A DNA stretch of 61,353 nt, filler included. It is 6 parts of 6 records of this genome, joined end to end, with 100 filler letters (N's around TTAATTAATTAA, not from the genome) between each part and the next. Parts side by side here need not be neighbours in the genome. Positions count along the whole stretch, not along the records: positions 43,915 to 55,754 come from SRR31147125_17253; positions 55,855 to 61,353 come from SRR31147125_17269; 4 more parts are not named here. One strand, given 5' to 3'. The notes beneath the pieces are model-generated. The model did not search any database. It was not told the DNA's origin and worked only from the letters and a program-made list of their open reading frames with translations. Numbering within the stretch: position 1 is the first letter of the stretch; every line of letters begins with the position of its first letter. Shown piece after piece: positions 51,303-61,353 of this stretch. The position numbers were made by a program, and so were the translations under genes.

Positions 51303-52166
51303 TTACGGGTAAACATACAACTCATCCAATGGCGGTATATCAAGCTTATTAATTTCGCCTCCAACAATAACAGGGTAAGAATAAGAACCATTTTCGGATG
51401 ATAGCTCTACTTTACTCATAGTCCCTTTTACCTCAATCCACTCATCTTCTTCAAAATCATCTGCATTTTCGACTTTAACTGGATAACCAACAACATATGC
51501 GTCCGCCATACAGCAGCTTACAACTTTTCTTGCAACTACAATTGTATTTTCGTCTAAAATATCATATTTAAATACAAATCCATATAGAGAAACCTCTTCA
51601 TCAGTCATCTGCATAACATCAGATGCAAAAAGCTCCTTAAATTGATCATTGAATTCTTTACTATTTTTATCCGCATTTAGAATATAAGATGTTTTTTCTT
51701 GCGATTCAGTATTGGTTTCATATGCATCTTCATCCTTTGTCGCTTCTGGATTTACAGAAGTATCTGCTTCCTCTTCACCAGGCGCCTTTCTCATTCCATA
51801 TACTTTATTAGCACTTCCAATATTGCTATTTTCAACAGTACCAGTCAAATAAGGAATAGATACATTTTGATTTGACATTCCGTTAACAACATTCACATCA
51901 GGTTTTGATGTTATAAAAAGCACAACAGGAATAACAAACAACAAATATTTTATATAAAACGTCGAATTATTCTTTTTTCCAATATTTTTTATACCAATAA
52001 GCTGATTTATAAACAATATCAATAAAACAGCACTTCCAAAGCAGAGCATTGGAATCATTCTTGGTGCAAGATATAGTATAATATCTTGGCTAATAATCAA
52101 GTAAATGCTTGTAATAAAAAGAAATAAAAGCAATAATAGCCACACTATATAATTGACTTTACGCAT
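51303..52166 (-). CDS. TIGR03943/YcgQ-like (DUF1980) putative permease subunit
   Basis: YLAPRM, GFV, SCCMADA and DEWIEVKG. Confidence 0.88.
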   Translation of the reverse strand: MRKVNYIVWLLLLLFLFITSIYLIISQDIILYLAPRMIPMLCFGSAVLLILFINQLIGIKNIGKKNNSTFYIKYLLFVIPVVLFITSKPDVNVVNGMSNQNVSIPYLTGTVENSNIGSANKVYGMRKAPGEEEADTSVNPEATKDEDAYETNTESQEKTSYILNADKNSKEFNDQFKELFASDVMQMTDEEVSLYGFVFKYDILDENTIVVARKVVSCCMADAYVVGYPVKVENADDFEEDEWIEVKGTMSKVELSSENGSYSYPVIVGGEINKLDIPPLDELYVYP

Positions 52167-53265
52167 AAGCACCTCCTATTATAAAGCTTGCGATAAGTGA
52201 AAGCGCAAAGCATACAATCAATATTATAACAATTAATTTTATAACAAACTTTCTTTTAAAAGAACCAAATAACATCATAGTATTTTTTATATCAATCATC
52301 GGTCCTGTAATCAAAAACGCCAATACCGATGCGGCTGAAAAATGCAACAAGAATGTGTTTGCTATAAATGCATCTGCCTCAGAGCAAAGCGATAAAACAA
52401 ACGCTAGCGTCATCATAGAAAGAATTGATCCACCTTGACTATTTCCTAATGAGAACAAGATATACTTAGGAACGAAAAGCTGCATTGATGTAGCAATAAT
52501 TGCTCCAAATATCAAATAAGCACCTACACTTTGAAGTTCTATATTTGTATGACTAATAATTTCCTTAATTACCGATTGAAATGTTCTTTTGTGATGATGG
52601 TGATGATGATCATGGCATCCACAATCTGATTCGTGATGATGGTCGTGATCAGAACCACAACTTTCATTATGGTGATCATGCCCACATGCGCATGACAACT
52701 GTTCTGCACTTTCTAACAATATATCCTTTGAGTGGTTATCAACCAAATATCCAATAATTATTGCTCCAATAAAACCAAACACACCTCTATATACCGTCAT
52801 CATTGGCATAGTTGAAAAAGCATTGTAGGTAGAAAGCAAAACCACAGGATTAACAATCGGAGTCGCCAACATAAATGCTATTGCTGGACCAATCGGCATT
52901 CCTTTTTTTACCAAACCTCTTGTAATAGGTATTATTGCACACTCGCATACCGGGAAAATAATACCTAAGCACGAAGCAAATATCAGCCTAAGAACATTAT
53001 TTTTTGGTAGTACACGCATAATTGTATCTTCACTAACAAACACTTGAATAAGCGAAGAAATAATAGTTCCTAGCAACACAAATGGCAGTGCTTCTAGTAG
53101 AATTGACCACAGAATAAGTGCAAAATTTTGAGCTTCTACCTCAATACTAGTTTGTCCTTTTCCTATAAAAAGGCTGTAAACAACCCAACAGATTATAATA
53201 AAAACAAACAGGATTAATATAAAGCTTTTAAAGCTTGTTTTTTTCTTTACTTGATCATGATTCAT
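52159..53265 (-). CDS. YcgR-like (DUF318) permease with His/Cys-rich loop
   Basis: LEALPF, FPVCECAIIP, SLCSEADAF and GPMIDIKN; poly-His insert. Confidence 0.9.
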   Translation of the reverse strand: MNHDQVKKKTSFKSFILILFVFIIICWVVYSLFIGKGQTSIEVEAQNFALILWSILLEALPFVLLGTIISSLIQVFVSEDTIMRVLPKNNVLRLIFASCLGIIFPVCECAIIPITRGLVKKGMPIGPAIAFMLATPIVNPVVLLSTYNAFSTMPMMTVYRGVFGFIGAIIIGYLVDNHSKDILLESAEQLSCACGHDHHNESCGSDHDHHHESDCGCHDHHHHHHKRTFQSVIKEIISHTNIELQSVGAYLIFGAIIATSMQLFVPKYILFSLGNSQGGSILSMMTLAFVLSLCSEADAFIANTFLLHFSAASVLAFLITGPMIDIKNTMMLFGSFKRKFVIKLIVIILIVCFALSLIASFIIGGAYA

Positions 53266-54097
53266 TATGAATTCTCTTTTCATGTATTTTTTGCTGAATT
53301 GCTTTTTTAACAAACAGAATACTTAAATATACGATGGTCATAATAACAATAATACATACGCCAGATGGGATATTTATGTAATATGAAATCACCAAACCTA
53401 AAACACAAAAAAACATACTGATAAAAATTGATGCAACAACAACTTTTCCAAATGATTTAAAAAACATTTTAGCAATAGACGTTGGTGTTGCCATTAACGC
53501 AATAGTTAAAATTATTCCAACAACTCTTATAAGAACAATAACACCTATAGGGATAATCAAATATACAATGAAACGAATCAACCCAACATTCATACCTTTA
53601 GCTCTAGCAAACTCTTCGTCAAACAAGTATGCAATCCAATAATGGTACATCAATATATAAACCAAAACGATAATCCCCGCAAACACAGCCATAGAGATAA
53701 TCGCAGCATTTGATATCGAAAGAATATCACCAAACAAATAACTCGTCATATCGGGCATGTACCCTGGCTTTAACGAAATAAATAAAATTCCAAGTGCCAT
53801 ACCAAACGACCACAAAATACCTGTTAATGTGTCTGCCTTTACTCGCCTATTTTGCGAAAACCTTGAAATCAAAGCGGATGATCCAATCGCGAAAACAAAC
53901 CCACCTAAAATCGGTTCGATGCCCAACAAGTATCCAAGTCCTATACCACCAAAAGAAGCATGTGCTATACCACCTGACATACTGATTAGTTTTTTTTCTA
54001 TCGCAATAGTTCCAATTATTCCTGTAACAATACTAGCAAGGACAGCTGCGATTAAAGCATTTTGCATAAATGTATAGTTCATTATCGCATCAATCAT
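53255..54097 (-). CDS. znuB: Zn/Mn ABC transporter permease
   Basis: FMQNAL, GIAHASFGG, YLFGDIL, FDEEFA and VVGIIL. Confidence 0.9.
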   Translation of the reverse strand: MIDAIMNYTFMQNALIAAVLASIVTGIIGTIAIEKKLISMSGGIAHASFGGIGLGYLLGIEPILGGFVFAIGSSALISRFSQNRRVKADTLTGILWSFGMALGILFISLKPGYMPDMTSYLFGDILSISNAAIISMAVFAGIIVLVYILMYHYWIAYLFDEEFARAKGMNVGLIRFIVYLIIPIGVIVLIRVVGIILTIALMATPTSIAKMFFKSFGKVVVASIFISMFFCVLGLVISYYINIPSGVCIIVIMTIVYLSILFVKKAIQQKIHEKRIHNES

Positions 54098-54774
54098 ATT
54101 ACTAATCCTCTTGTCAATTTTCCTTTTAATTTTTTTGCATCATCAAATTTTTGAATCGTTTTATTAACATAAACAGCAATATCTGCAATATCCAAAATAG
54201 AATCGATATTATGACTAACCAAAACGATGGTTTTATCCAGTTTTAGAGTGTTTAAAAGCTCATATAATTCTTCTAAAGCTTCAATATCCAAATTACTGTC
54301 CGGTTCATCCAAAACAATTATATCAGCATCCGAAGCTAAAGCTCTCGCTATAATCACACGCTTAAGCTGCCCCCCAGATAATTGATTTATACCACGGTTT
54401 TCCATATTATTTAGCCCAACCATATCAATCGCCTTTTGAACCTTAACTTTTTGTTGCTTGGAATATTTAAAAAAAGGAATTATTTTTTTATACATTGTTC
54501 CTGTTAACACTGCTTCAAAAACTGTTATTGGAAAAGAGTCATCAAAGTTAAACTTTTGTGCAACATAACCAATATTCTGGTTTTGCCCAATCTCCAGCTC
54601 GCCAACGTCTGGCTTAATAAGCCCCGTTAAAAGCTTAACAATTGTACTTTTGCCCCCGCCGTTAGGACCGACGAGGACAGTTAATTTATTTTTAGGAATT
54701 GTAAACGAAATATCGTCTACTGCACATACATCTTCATAGCAAAAACGTACGTTTTTAAAATTTACAGCTTTCAT
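54094..54774 (-). CDS. znuC: Zn/Mn ABC transporter ATP-binding protein
   Basis: GPNGGGKST, LSGGQ, LDEP and VSH. Confidence 0.9.
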   Translation of the reverse strand: MKAVNFKNVRFCYEDVCAVDDISFTIPKNKLTVLVGPNGGGKSTIVKLLTGLIKPDVGELEIGQNQNIGYVAQKFNFDDSFPITVFEAVLTGTMYKKIIPFFKYSKQQKVKVQKAIDMVGLNNMENRGINQLSGGQLKRVIIARALASDADIIVLDEPDSNLDIEALEELYELLNTLKLDKTIVLVSHNIDSILDIADIAVYVNKTIQKFDDAKKLKGKLTRGLVI

Positions 54775-54783
54775 ATTCTACTC

Positions 54784-55722
54784 TCAATTATTATTTAAAG
54801 CATCCGCAAAATCTTTCAGCCCTTGTATATAATCTTTTGTCAGTGGTGACGATTTTACAACCGAACCTCCGATTTCGCTTGCAACAGTTTGCGCTTGCGT
54901 ATCGTCAAATTCGTCTTGATAAAATATTGCACTGATGTTTTCTTCTTTAGCGTGTTCAATAACTTCTTGCATTTTTGAAGCAGTTGCATCTTTGCCATCC
55001 GCTTCTATAGCTATCATTGTTAGTCCATAGTCATCAGCAAAATACCCATATGCACCATGATAAATCATAAATGCCTTGTTATCCATTTTTTCTACAGTTT
55101 GAGCAATTTCCGTATCCAATTGCTCTAATTCTTCAATGAATTTTTCTGCGTTTTCTTGATAAGCCTTTTCATTGCTAGGATCTAGAATAGACAATTCATC
55201 AGCAATTGTGCTAACCATTAAAACTACACGTTTTGGTGAAAGCCAGATATGCGGATCAGTTACTTCCTCCGACTCTTCTTGTTCATCTGCATGCTCTTCT
55301 TCGTGTTCATCAGAACCTTCGTCATCGTGAGAATGTTCTCCCATATGTCTTAAAGGGTATACTTCGCTTGTTACTTCACGAAGACTAACCATTTTGACGT
55401 CTTCATTAAAATCTGCTATTTTCGGTAGAATATTCGCTTCTTCTGTAGGCACATGCATATAAAAGTATATATCTGCATCAGACAACGCCTGCATTTCTTG
55501 TGTTGTTGGCTGGTAATTAGCCGGACTATTACCTGGTGGAATAACCGTAACAACCTCAACCAAATCGCCTGCTACCGCTTCGACGAATCCTGCTTCTGGC
55601 ACTATACTAACTGCAACCATTAGCTTGTCCTTTGAATCTTCATTATTTACAGCTTCAGAACTACACCCTACCAATGCAAATAACAAAACTAATATCATTA
55701 ATGTAACAACTGTTTTTTTCAT
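54784..55722 (-). CDS. znuA: Zinc ABC transporter substrate-binding lipoprotein
   Basis: Lipobox LVGC, His/Glu-rich loop, DPHIWLSP and HGAYGYFA. Confidence 0.92.
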   Translation of the reverse strand: MKKTVVTLMILVLLFALVGCSSEAVNNEDSKDKLMVAVSIVPEAGFVEAVAGDLVEVVTVIPPGNSPANYQPTTQEMQALSDADIYFYMHVPTEEANILPKIADFNEDVKMVSLREVTSEVYPLRHMGEHSHDDEGSDEHEEEHADEQEESEEVTDPHIWLSPKRVVLMVSTIADELSILDPSNEKAYQENAEKFIEELEQLDTEIAQTVEKMDNKAFMIYHGAYGYFADDYGLTMIAIEADGKDATASKMQEVIEHAKEENISAIFYQDEFDDTQAQTVASEIGGSVVKSSPLTKDYIQGLKDFADALNNN

Positions 55723-55733
55723 AGCAACCTCCT

Positions 55734-55754
55734 TATTGCAAATCATTTGCAATA
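55734..55754. promoter_or_regulatory. Zur/Fur-family operator
   Basis: Perfect 10-1-10 palindrome TATTGCAAAT-C-ATTTGCAATA abutting the znuA RBS. Confidence 0.8.
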
Positions 55755-55854
55755 NNNNNNNNNNNNNNNNNNNNNNNNNNNNNNNNNNNNNNNNNNNNTT
55801 AATTAATTAANNNNNNNNNNNNNNNNNNNNNNNNNNNNNNNNNNNNNNNNNNNN
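55755..55854. other. Artificial contig-joining linker
   Basis: N-run, TTAATTAATTAA, N-run. Confidence 0.98.
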
Positions 55855-55953
55855 TATTTTTCTAGCCGAAGCCACAATACTTCGACTAGATCCTTTCTCT
55901 TTCTTCATACGATCATACCGTTGTATAGTAGCCTCTCTGTTCCTGATGCTCTT
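55855..55953 (-). pseudogene. Possible IS110-family transposase C-terminal remnant
   Basis: Translates to …ATIQRYDRMKKEKGSSRSIVASARKI, resembling the IS110 C-terminal KG..A.VA.ARK motif; preceded by an in-frame stop. Only 33 codons. Confidence 0.4.
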
Positions 55954-56006
55954 TCAACAGTGTACCAAACTTACCTCTCACGTTTTACTTTTTTACCATT
56001 TTCTCT

Positions 56007-59000
56007 TTAATGGTTTTCAAGTTGAAAAATTAATTGTATACAATAATTATTGGTGTTTTTTTCTTTATAGGGGGAAATCAAATAGCAATTAAATATTTTT
56101 AAATCATTTTTAAATTTTTCAAGACCTCCTTTATGATTTGGATCGATTTGAATTTTTGTATGATCATTTTCAATAAAAATATGCAATTTATTTTCTTTTA
56201 TTGTTGAGGAAATCCATAATGTAATTTCTGATAAATTAGTATTTTTCTTTTTTATATTAGTTTTTATATGTAATAGAAGATTTTTCAATTCTCTTTCAGG
56301 ATAAATAATGTTCTTATTTTTAATTGAATCAATATTCTGGATAACATTTTTAAAAACTCCTTCCTTAGGGTAAATATCTATTAGCAAATTGTAAGCATTT
56401 GATGGGAACTGGGCAATGATTGAGTGAATATTACATAAATCTTCATGGTAGATTTCACGATTATCAATCAATGTGTATAGCGTATCGATAAAATTATTAT
56501 AGAATTCGATTCTATCAATTACTACTTCAGGATCTTTACTTATTGCAGCTGAAAGTTCATGGAAAGTTTCTTTATTTAAATTATAGTAGCTAAGCTTAGA
56601 ATTAAAATATTGGAAAATTTTACTTTTTAGAATTATTTGATGTTTATTAAATAGAGTTGCTAAGTCTACATCTATTAATCTTTTTATAATCAGCCAGTTA
56701 CTAAAAATTGCTTTGCTATACTTTATTATAGATTCATAATGCATAGAATTTTTTCTATGTGTAGAGAAATCTTCCCAAAGCTTTTTGTTATAAAATCCTA
56801 ATGTTCTGAAATCCATTAAAGTTAATTTTTCTTCTACATTGTGTGGAGAATGAAAGATTTCAGCTATTTTAGTTTTTAATAGAAAAATGAATTCAACAAT
56901 TTCTAATTGTTGTTTTGTACTTTCAATTTGTTTAATATTTTTTAGATTTTCTATTTTAATATGTTCATAGGCAGCATATTTTTTTGAGGCACGTATAATA
57001 TCATAAATTCCATTATTGTCAATCATTTGAAAACTTTCTTGAATTCTTTTGAAATATGCTAAACTTTGGTTATATCGATTTTTAATTAATGAAGTAGTGT
57101 GATAAAGAATATTCTGAAAAGTATTATCGCTAATTCTATTTTCATACGATGAGGAAATTACCATTTTTGTTATTTCTTGACAAAATTTGTATTTATTTGA
57201 GGATCTTAAAACAGTAATAGCTGAAAATTTATATCGTACAGCTATTACTAAAGGTTTATTATTTGTTGTTATTTCATTAAAATTAGTAATTAGATTTTTA
57301 ATCTCGATCGTAGCAATATAACTAGCCATTTCTGAAATTAAAAAACGAAATTCCTGAAATACCAGTGGTTCAATTTGTAGTCTGTAAACTTCAAATGATA
57401 ATAAATATAATACTGCAAAAAGATTTGATTCAGGATTTTTTGATTCATTTTCAATATTGCATAAAATATTGACCAAGAAATCAAATAGCTTTACTCTATA
57501 TCTAGTATGTAGTAAAGAGTAATCAACTAAATTTTTAAATTCATACATTTTCATTATTAGAATACTTGATAATTCATATATATCTTTGTCATTATTAGAA
57601 AAATAAAAATCATGGGGAATGTTTGATAAATTTGTTCTGTCCATGATTTCCAATCTATTTTTTCTATCATTTACAAAATTGTGCATATAAGTACTATGAA
57701 AATTATATAATTGTAAATATCGTTCATGTTCACAGATTGGACAGTTTGCTGAAGTATAATAATATAAGTTGAATTTTTGAATGAAATCAATTTTTATATT
57801 AGCAGTTTTCAGTTCATATTGAGACTCTATAAATCTAAGATTCTTTTCCTTTTTAACATGAGGAATTTTTATTTGGAATATATTTTTATAAAATGTAAAC
57901 ATATCATCAATAAGATTAGAGAATAAGATGATAACTAATATATTTTTTGTATTGATTAATGATGCTGAAAATTCACTTATTGCTTGACCTGTGATGCTGT
58001 TAAAATCTAAATAAATGCAATTTTCTTCGGAAAGTGCATAGCTTTGATTAAAATTAATTACTCTCATTACTGGTTCAGGAAAGATTTCCTTTAGTTTCTG
58101 AATACACTTCTCAAAATAATTTATCTCTTCATAATTTTTGTATGTCAATAAAAAATTTTCAATCTTATTTTCACTTTTCCAAACGAAAATTGATTTTATT
58201 ATGCTATCCAGAAATGGGGATCCATTATTAAATAAACTAGATTTATTAATATAAAATGTATAATGTCTTCCAATATTTTTACCAATATGAGAATAATGTA
58301 AAATTTTCTCTCTAATGAAAAAATCTTTTATTTCTGAAGGAAGTTCGAATTCTTTTTTTTCAATAATTTCTTCTTGATAATGTGGTGAAATGAATTTTGA
58401 AATACTACCTAGGTCATTGCTTTTTTTAATTAGTTTGCTTAACAAAAGCTTCTTTTTCTGTGTTTCGTTTTTGTTTTTTGTATAAATACTAATTATTGGA
58501 GTTTGAATATCCCATGTAGTTAATCTTTTAATATTATAATCTCTATTATTTACAAGACATAATATACATATTGGATTAGCATAATCTCTTTTTACTTGCT
58601 TTACTAATCTTCTTATGGTTTCAGAAGATGAGATTATTGATGTAATAATTATTACATCGACTCCTTTCTTAAAAAGTTTTATTCTTCTGGGAACATTAAT
58701 ATCTACATCATCAAAAGCATTATGTATATTTCGAGTATTGATACCAGATAATCTTGCAAATTCTAGTGAAAGATTTCTTTGCTGATTATGATCATAAAGT
58801 ATGCTTGTTTTGGGGGTGATTATATGGTTATTTTTAATGAATAATAAATAAAGAGCAAGAGCATAACCAAGAATTTTATCTTTAACAAAAAGTTTTTCCT
58901 GATTTATCCAACTATTTACTATCTTTAATTTTGGTGTTATTAATGGTTCTGTAGAACTACTTGAGCTTACAATTTTTTCTAAATCACTATAGAAAAAATC

Positions 59001-60791
59001 AATAATGTTTGTAAAATTTAAGAAAACCCTTTTATCATTAAGAATTAAAATCAATGCGTTATCATTTTGAAAATGAAATAATAAGTTTCTTTGTTCATTT
59101 AAGCTTAATTTTTTAAAACTCGATAATTGTTTTAATGAATTTATTTGATTGGGTCTATTATAAATTTCATTTAATATATTAATAACATTCTGATTTCCTC
59201 CTAGCCAGAAAATTCTATTACCTTTTTCTAAAATAATTATTGGATCATAAACATTTTCTTCATTTGGTGAGGCATGATCGAGATTAATAATATCTGATTT
59301 GCTTTTTTTTACTTTTTCAAGCAGTAGTTCATTTGCATCTTCTGCTATTGTCATTAATGTATCAGGTCCAATATTATCATTAGTGAAATAGACAACGATT
59401 CCGTTTGGATTTGTTATTAAACTTAACGATAAAAGGAGATCAATTATCTTTGATTTGTTTACAGAGTCTAGAGAGCCATCATAGTGGACTTTCAAGATTA
59501 ATAATATATTTAAGTCTTCTTTGATTATGTTTTGAATTGTAAAATTGAATAAATCTAAATCTTTTTTTGTAAAATCAAAATACTGGACGATCCATTTTAT
59601 GTCACTATTAACTTTTTGTGACTTAAAATTAAAACTTATTATTTCTTTATATGGGATTAATTTAATTCTGGTGAACGTGCCTGGATGATAGAATGAGGAG
59701 CTACTTTTCTCCTTGACCCATTTTGCACGAGTATATCCCCCTTTTTGATAACCCCCAATTAATTTTTTTGTATGCACTAAAAATAACCCATTATACTTAT
59801 TATTTATTCTATTTATTCTATATAATCCTTTTGTTCCTCGAATTTCTTCATTTTGTTTTCTTGTTGACCATTTACTAAAAGACCATTTCAAAGTAGAGCC
59901 TTCCCCCACTACTTTATGTGTATGAGCTAGACTTTTTTTATGTGCTTGAATCAATAAATCACTTACAAGCCCCATTCCAGAATCGCCAAAATATATTTCA
60001 ACTATACTTTTAAAGGAGTTATTTAGTACCCAAGAATTAAAATTGGAATCAATAAAGTTCGTATTATCATTTTTTATTAAAGATTGTACTGAAAAGATAG
60101 CAATAGAGAAAATAGCATAATTAGATATCGAATTTGCATGCTCTTTTACATTTTTTAATAACTCGGTAAAAATAACATTGTATAATGCTAGTGCATCTAT
60201 TTTGCCTAAACCTTTAGTGTTATTGCCTAGTAATACATCAATTTTTTGTTTGATCCTTTTTAATGTACGCAAATCTGAGTTTGCATCTATCCAAGTTATT
60301 GGTAATACTTTTGTTCTATCTGCAATATGTGAAAACTTTTGACCAATTTGATTAAATTGATTTTCTGGTTCGAATGATTCATTAAATAAATTAAAATTTA
60401 TAGAAGTAGATTTGGTAAAGTACCTTTCAGTTATAAATATATGATTATTCTTTTTTAAATGTTTACATCGCATACTTATGTCAAATTCTATATACTTAAG
60501 AAACTGATTACACTTTCTTATTCTTTCATTTTCTGTAGTTGTGGGTAATGCAATATAGATATCAAAATCATTTTTTAGAAAAAACTCAGCGATAAGGCAT
60601 AACTGAGTTGCAACACTGATCGACATAAAAGTAGCTTTAGAAAAATCAAAAAAAATGCCTTTTGTTAAAATAATGTCCTTATTTTCTATTACTGATTCTA
60701 ATGGTAAGATAGTTGTAAATGCACTTTTTAATTCCGAAGAATCAATTCGCTTATCATTATTGAAGAGATGAATAGGTTTGTTTTTTCTCAT
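56007..60791 (-). CDS. 1594-aa multidomain protein: STAS-like, HATPase, two degenerate PRTase-like domains, helical region and possible second HATPase-like domain
   Basis: FDFSKATFMS (STAS-like); ELLKNVKEHA, FGDSGMGL, RGTKGL and PGT (GHKL N/G1/G2/G3 boxes); DVIIITSIISSSETIRRL and IYLDFNSITGQAI (PRPP-loop-like); CPICE. Extremely AT-rich. Confidence 0.65.
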   Translation of the reverse strand: MRKNKPIHLFNNDKRIDSSELKSAFTTILPLESVIENKDIILTKGIFFDFSKATFMSISVATQLCLIAEFFLKNDFDIYIALPTTTENERIRKCNQFLKYIEFDISMRCKHLKKNNHIFITERYFTKSTSINFNLFNESFEPENQFNQIGQKFSHIADRTKVLPITWIDANSDLRTLKRIKQKIDVLLGNNTKGLGKIDALALYNVIFTELLKNVKEHANSISNYAIFSIAIFSVQSLIKNDNTNFIDSNFNSWVLNNSFKSIVEIYFGDSGMGLVSDLLIQAHKKSLAHTHKVVGEGSTLKWSFSKWSTRKQNEEIRGTKGLYRINRINNKYNGLFLVHTKKLIGGYQKGGYTRAKWVKEKSSSSFYHPGTFTRIKLIPYKEIISFNFKSQKVNSDIKWIVQYFDFTKKDLDLFNFTIQNIIKEDLNILLILKVHYDGSLDSVNKSKIIDLLLSLSLITNPNGIVVYFTNDNIGPDTLMTIAEDANELLLEKVKKSKSDIINLDHASPNEENVYDPIIILEKGNRIFWLGGNQNVINILNEIYNRPNQINSLKQLSSFKKLSLNEQRNLLFHFQNDNALILILNDKRVFLNFTNIIDFFYSDLEKIVSSSSSTEPLITPKLKIVNSWINQEKLFVKDKILGYALALYLLFIKNNHIITPKTSILYDHNQQRNLSLEFARLSGINTRNIHNAFDDVDINVPRRIKLFKKGVDVIIITSIISSSETIRRLVKQVKRDYANPICILCLVNNRDYNIKRLTTWDIQTPIISIYTKNKNETQKKKLLLSKLIKKSNDLGSISKFISPHYQEEIIEKKEFELPSEIKDFFIREKILHYSHIGKNIGRHYTFYINKSSLFNNGSPFLDSIIKSIFVWKSENKIENFLLTYKNYEEINYFEKCIQKLKEIFPEPVMRVINFNQSYALSEENCIYLDFNSITGQAISEFSASLINTKNILVIILFSNLIDDMFTFYKNIFQIKIPHVKKEKNLRFIESQYELKTANIKIDFIQKFNLYYYTSANCPICEHERYLQLYNFHSTYMHNFVNDRKNRLEIMDRTNLSNIPHDFYFSNNDKDIYELSSILIMKMYEFKNLVDYSLLHTRYRVKLFDFLVNILCNIENESKNPESNLFAVLYLLSFEVYRLQIEPLVFQEFRFLISEMASYIATIEIKNLITNFNEITTNNKPLVIAVRYKFSAITVLRSSNKYKFCQEITKMVISSSYENRISDNTFQNILYHTTSLIKNRYNQSLAYFKRIQESFQMIDNNGIYDIIRASKKYAAYEHIKIENLKNIKQIESTKQQLEIVEFIFLLKTKIAEIFHSPHNVEEKLTLMDFRTLGFYNKKLWEDFSTHRKNSMHYESIIKYSKAIFSNWLIIKRLIDVDLATLFNKHQIILKSKIFQYFNSKLSYYNLNKETFHELSAAISKDPEVVIDRIEFYNNFIDTLYTLIDNREIYHEDLCNIHSIIAQFPSNAYNLLIDIYPKEGVFKNVIQNIDSIKNKNIIYPERELKNLLLHIKTNIKKKNTNLSEITLWISSTIKENKLHIFIENDHTKIQIDPNHKGGLEKFKNDLKIFNCYLISPYKEKNTNNYCIQLIFQLENH

Positions 60792-60990
60792 TGTTTATAC
60801 CTGTAATAATAATTATTATAATATATAAATGAGAATTTGCAATTAAATATATGGGAATTAGAAAATTAGAAAATGCTTACAAAGTAATAAAATGAATAAG
60901 CTGGTTTCAAGATTAATTTTTTGTATAAGAATATTATGGGTATAGTAATTGAAAAACTATAAGAATTAGACAATAATTACAAAAAATTAA

Positions 60991-61353
60991 TCACTGCGTA
61001 AACGATATCCCCCCATCTCCCATGCTTCCCACTAGGTCTATCTGACCTTTGCCGGTTACCGGTTCTTTAAGCCCATCCTTATCTTCATTCACGTACTTCT
61101 CAAACCAGCTCTCCATATCACCTTTTAATTCAGTTATAACTTTCTGGTAGTTGGGGCCATCGATCAGGTTGATTCGTTCATCGGGATCTTGGGTTAGGTG
61201 GTAGAGTTCATTGGGGCCATCGGGGTAGCGGAATACATATTTCCATTCCCGGGAGCGGATCATGCGTACCGGGCCATATTCATCATAGACCACTACCTGC
61301 GATTCATTATCATCTGCTGTTCCCGTCTCAAGTACATTTTTAAAGCTCTTTCC
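60991..61353 (-). CDS. Sulfatase-family hydrolase, C-terminal fragment
   Basis: GKSF…YDEYGPVRMIRSREWKYV…ELYHLTQDPDERINL; the frame is open to the window end. Confidence 0.85.
   Translation of the reverse strand, partial: GKSFKNVLETGTADDNESQVVVYDEYGPVRMIRSREWKYVFRYPDGPNELYHLTQDPDERINLIDGPNYQKVITELKGDMESWFEKYVNEDKDGLKEPVTGKGQIDLVGSMGDGGISFTQ

Overview
This window is not one locus. It is six unrelated contigs joined by five artificial 100-nt linkers (N44-TTAATTAATTAA-N44) at 11160, 23191, 38115, 43815 and 55755, and several genes carry single-base homopolymer indels that look like sequencing errors. (1) 1-11159, AT-rich and Bacteroidota-like: a patatin operon, a 2-kb non-coding stretch full of nested and long hairpin elements, an HU-like gene flanked by 21/22-bp periodic repeats, and three T9SS-secreted proteins including an S8 protease. 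(2) 11260-23190, Desulfobacterota-like: C26 hydrolase, ACR3/SBF transporter, NUDIX, rubrerythrin, two Hsp20, GAPDH and a 1420-aa PPDK-like dikinase that lacks the pyruvate-binding domain. (3) 23291-38114: the right arm of a tRNA-integrated ICE (Trb-type T4SS, MOBF relaxase, coupling protein, tyrosine integrase). It carries a GIY-YIG nuclease gene bracketed by REP-like inverted repeats, an empty copy of the same element, and two tandem gene cassettes that share an upstream palindromic repeat and a terminator. (4) 38215-43814: M14 carboxypeptidase, membrane proteins and NIPSNAP. (5) 43915-55754, Clostridia-like: nucleoside ABC transporter, GGDEF protein and a Zur-boxed zinc uptake operon. (6) 55855-61353: a very AT-rich 1594-aa STAS/HATPase/PRTase-like protein next to a sulfatase fragment. 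The best candidates for new biology are the GIY-YIG/REP element pair, the repeat-bounded cassette array in the ICE, and the giant HATPase-PRTase protein. All calls come from manual motif reading; no database searches were run.
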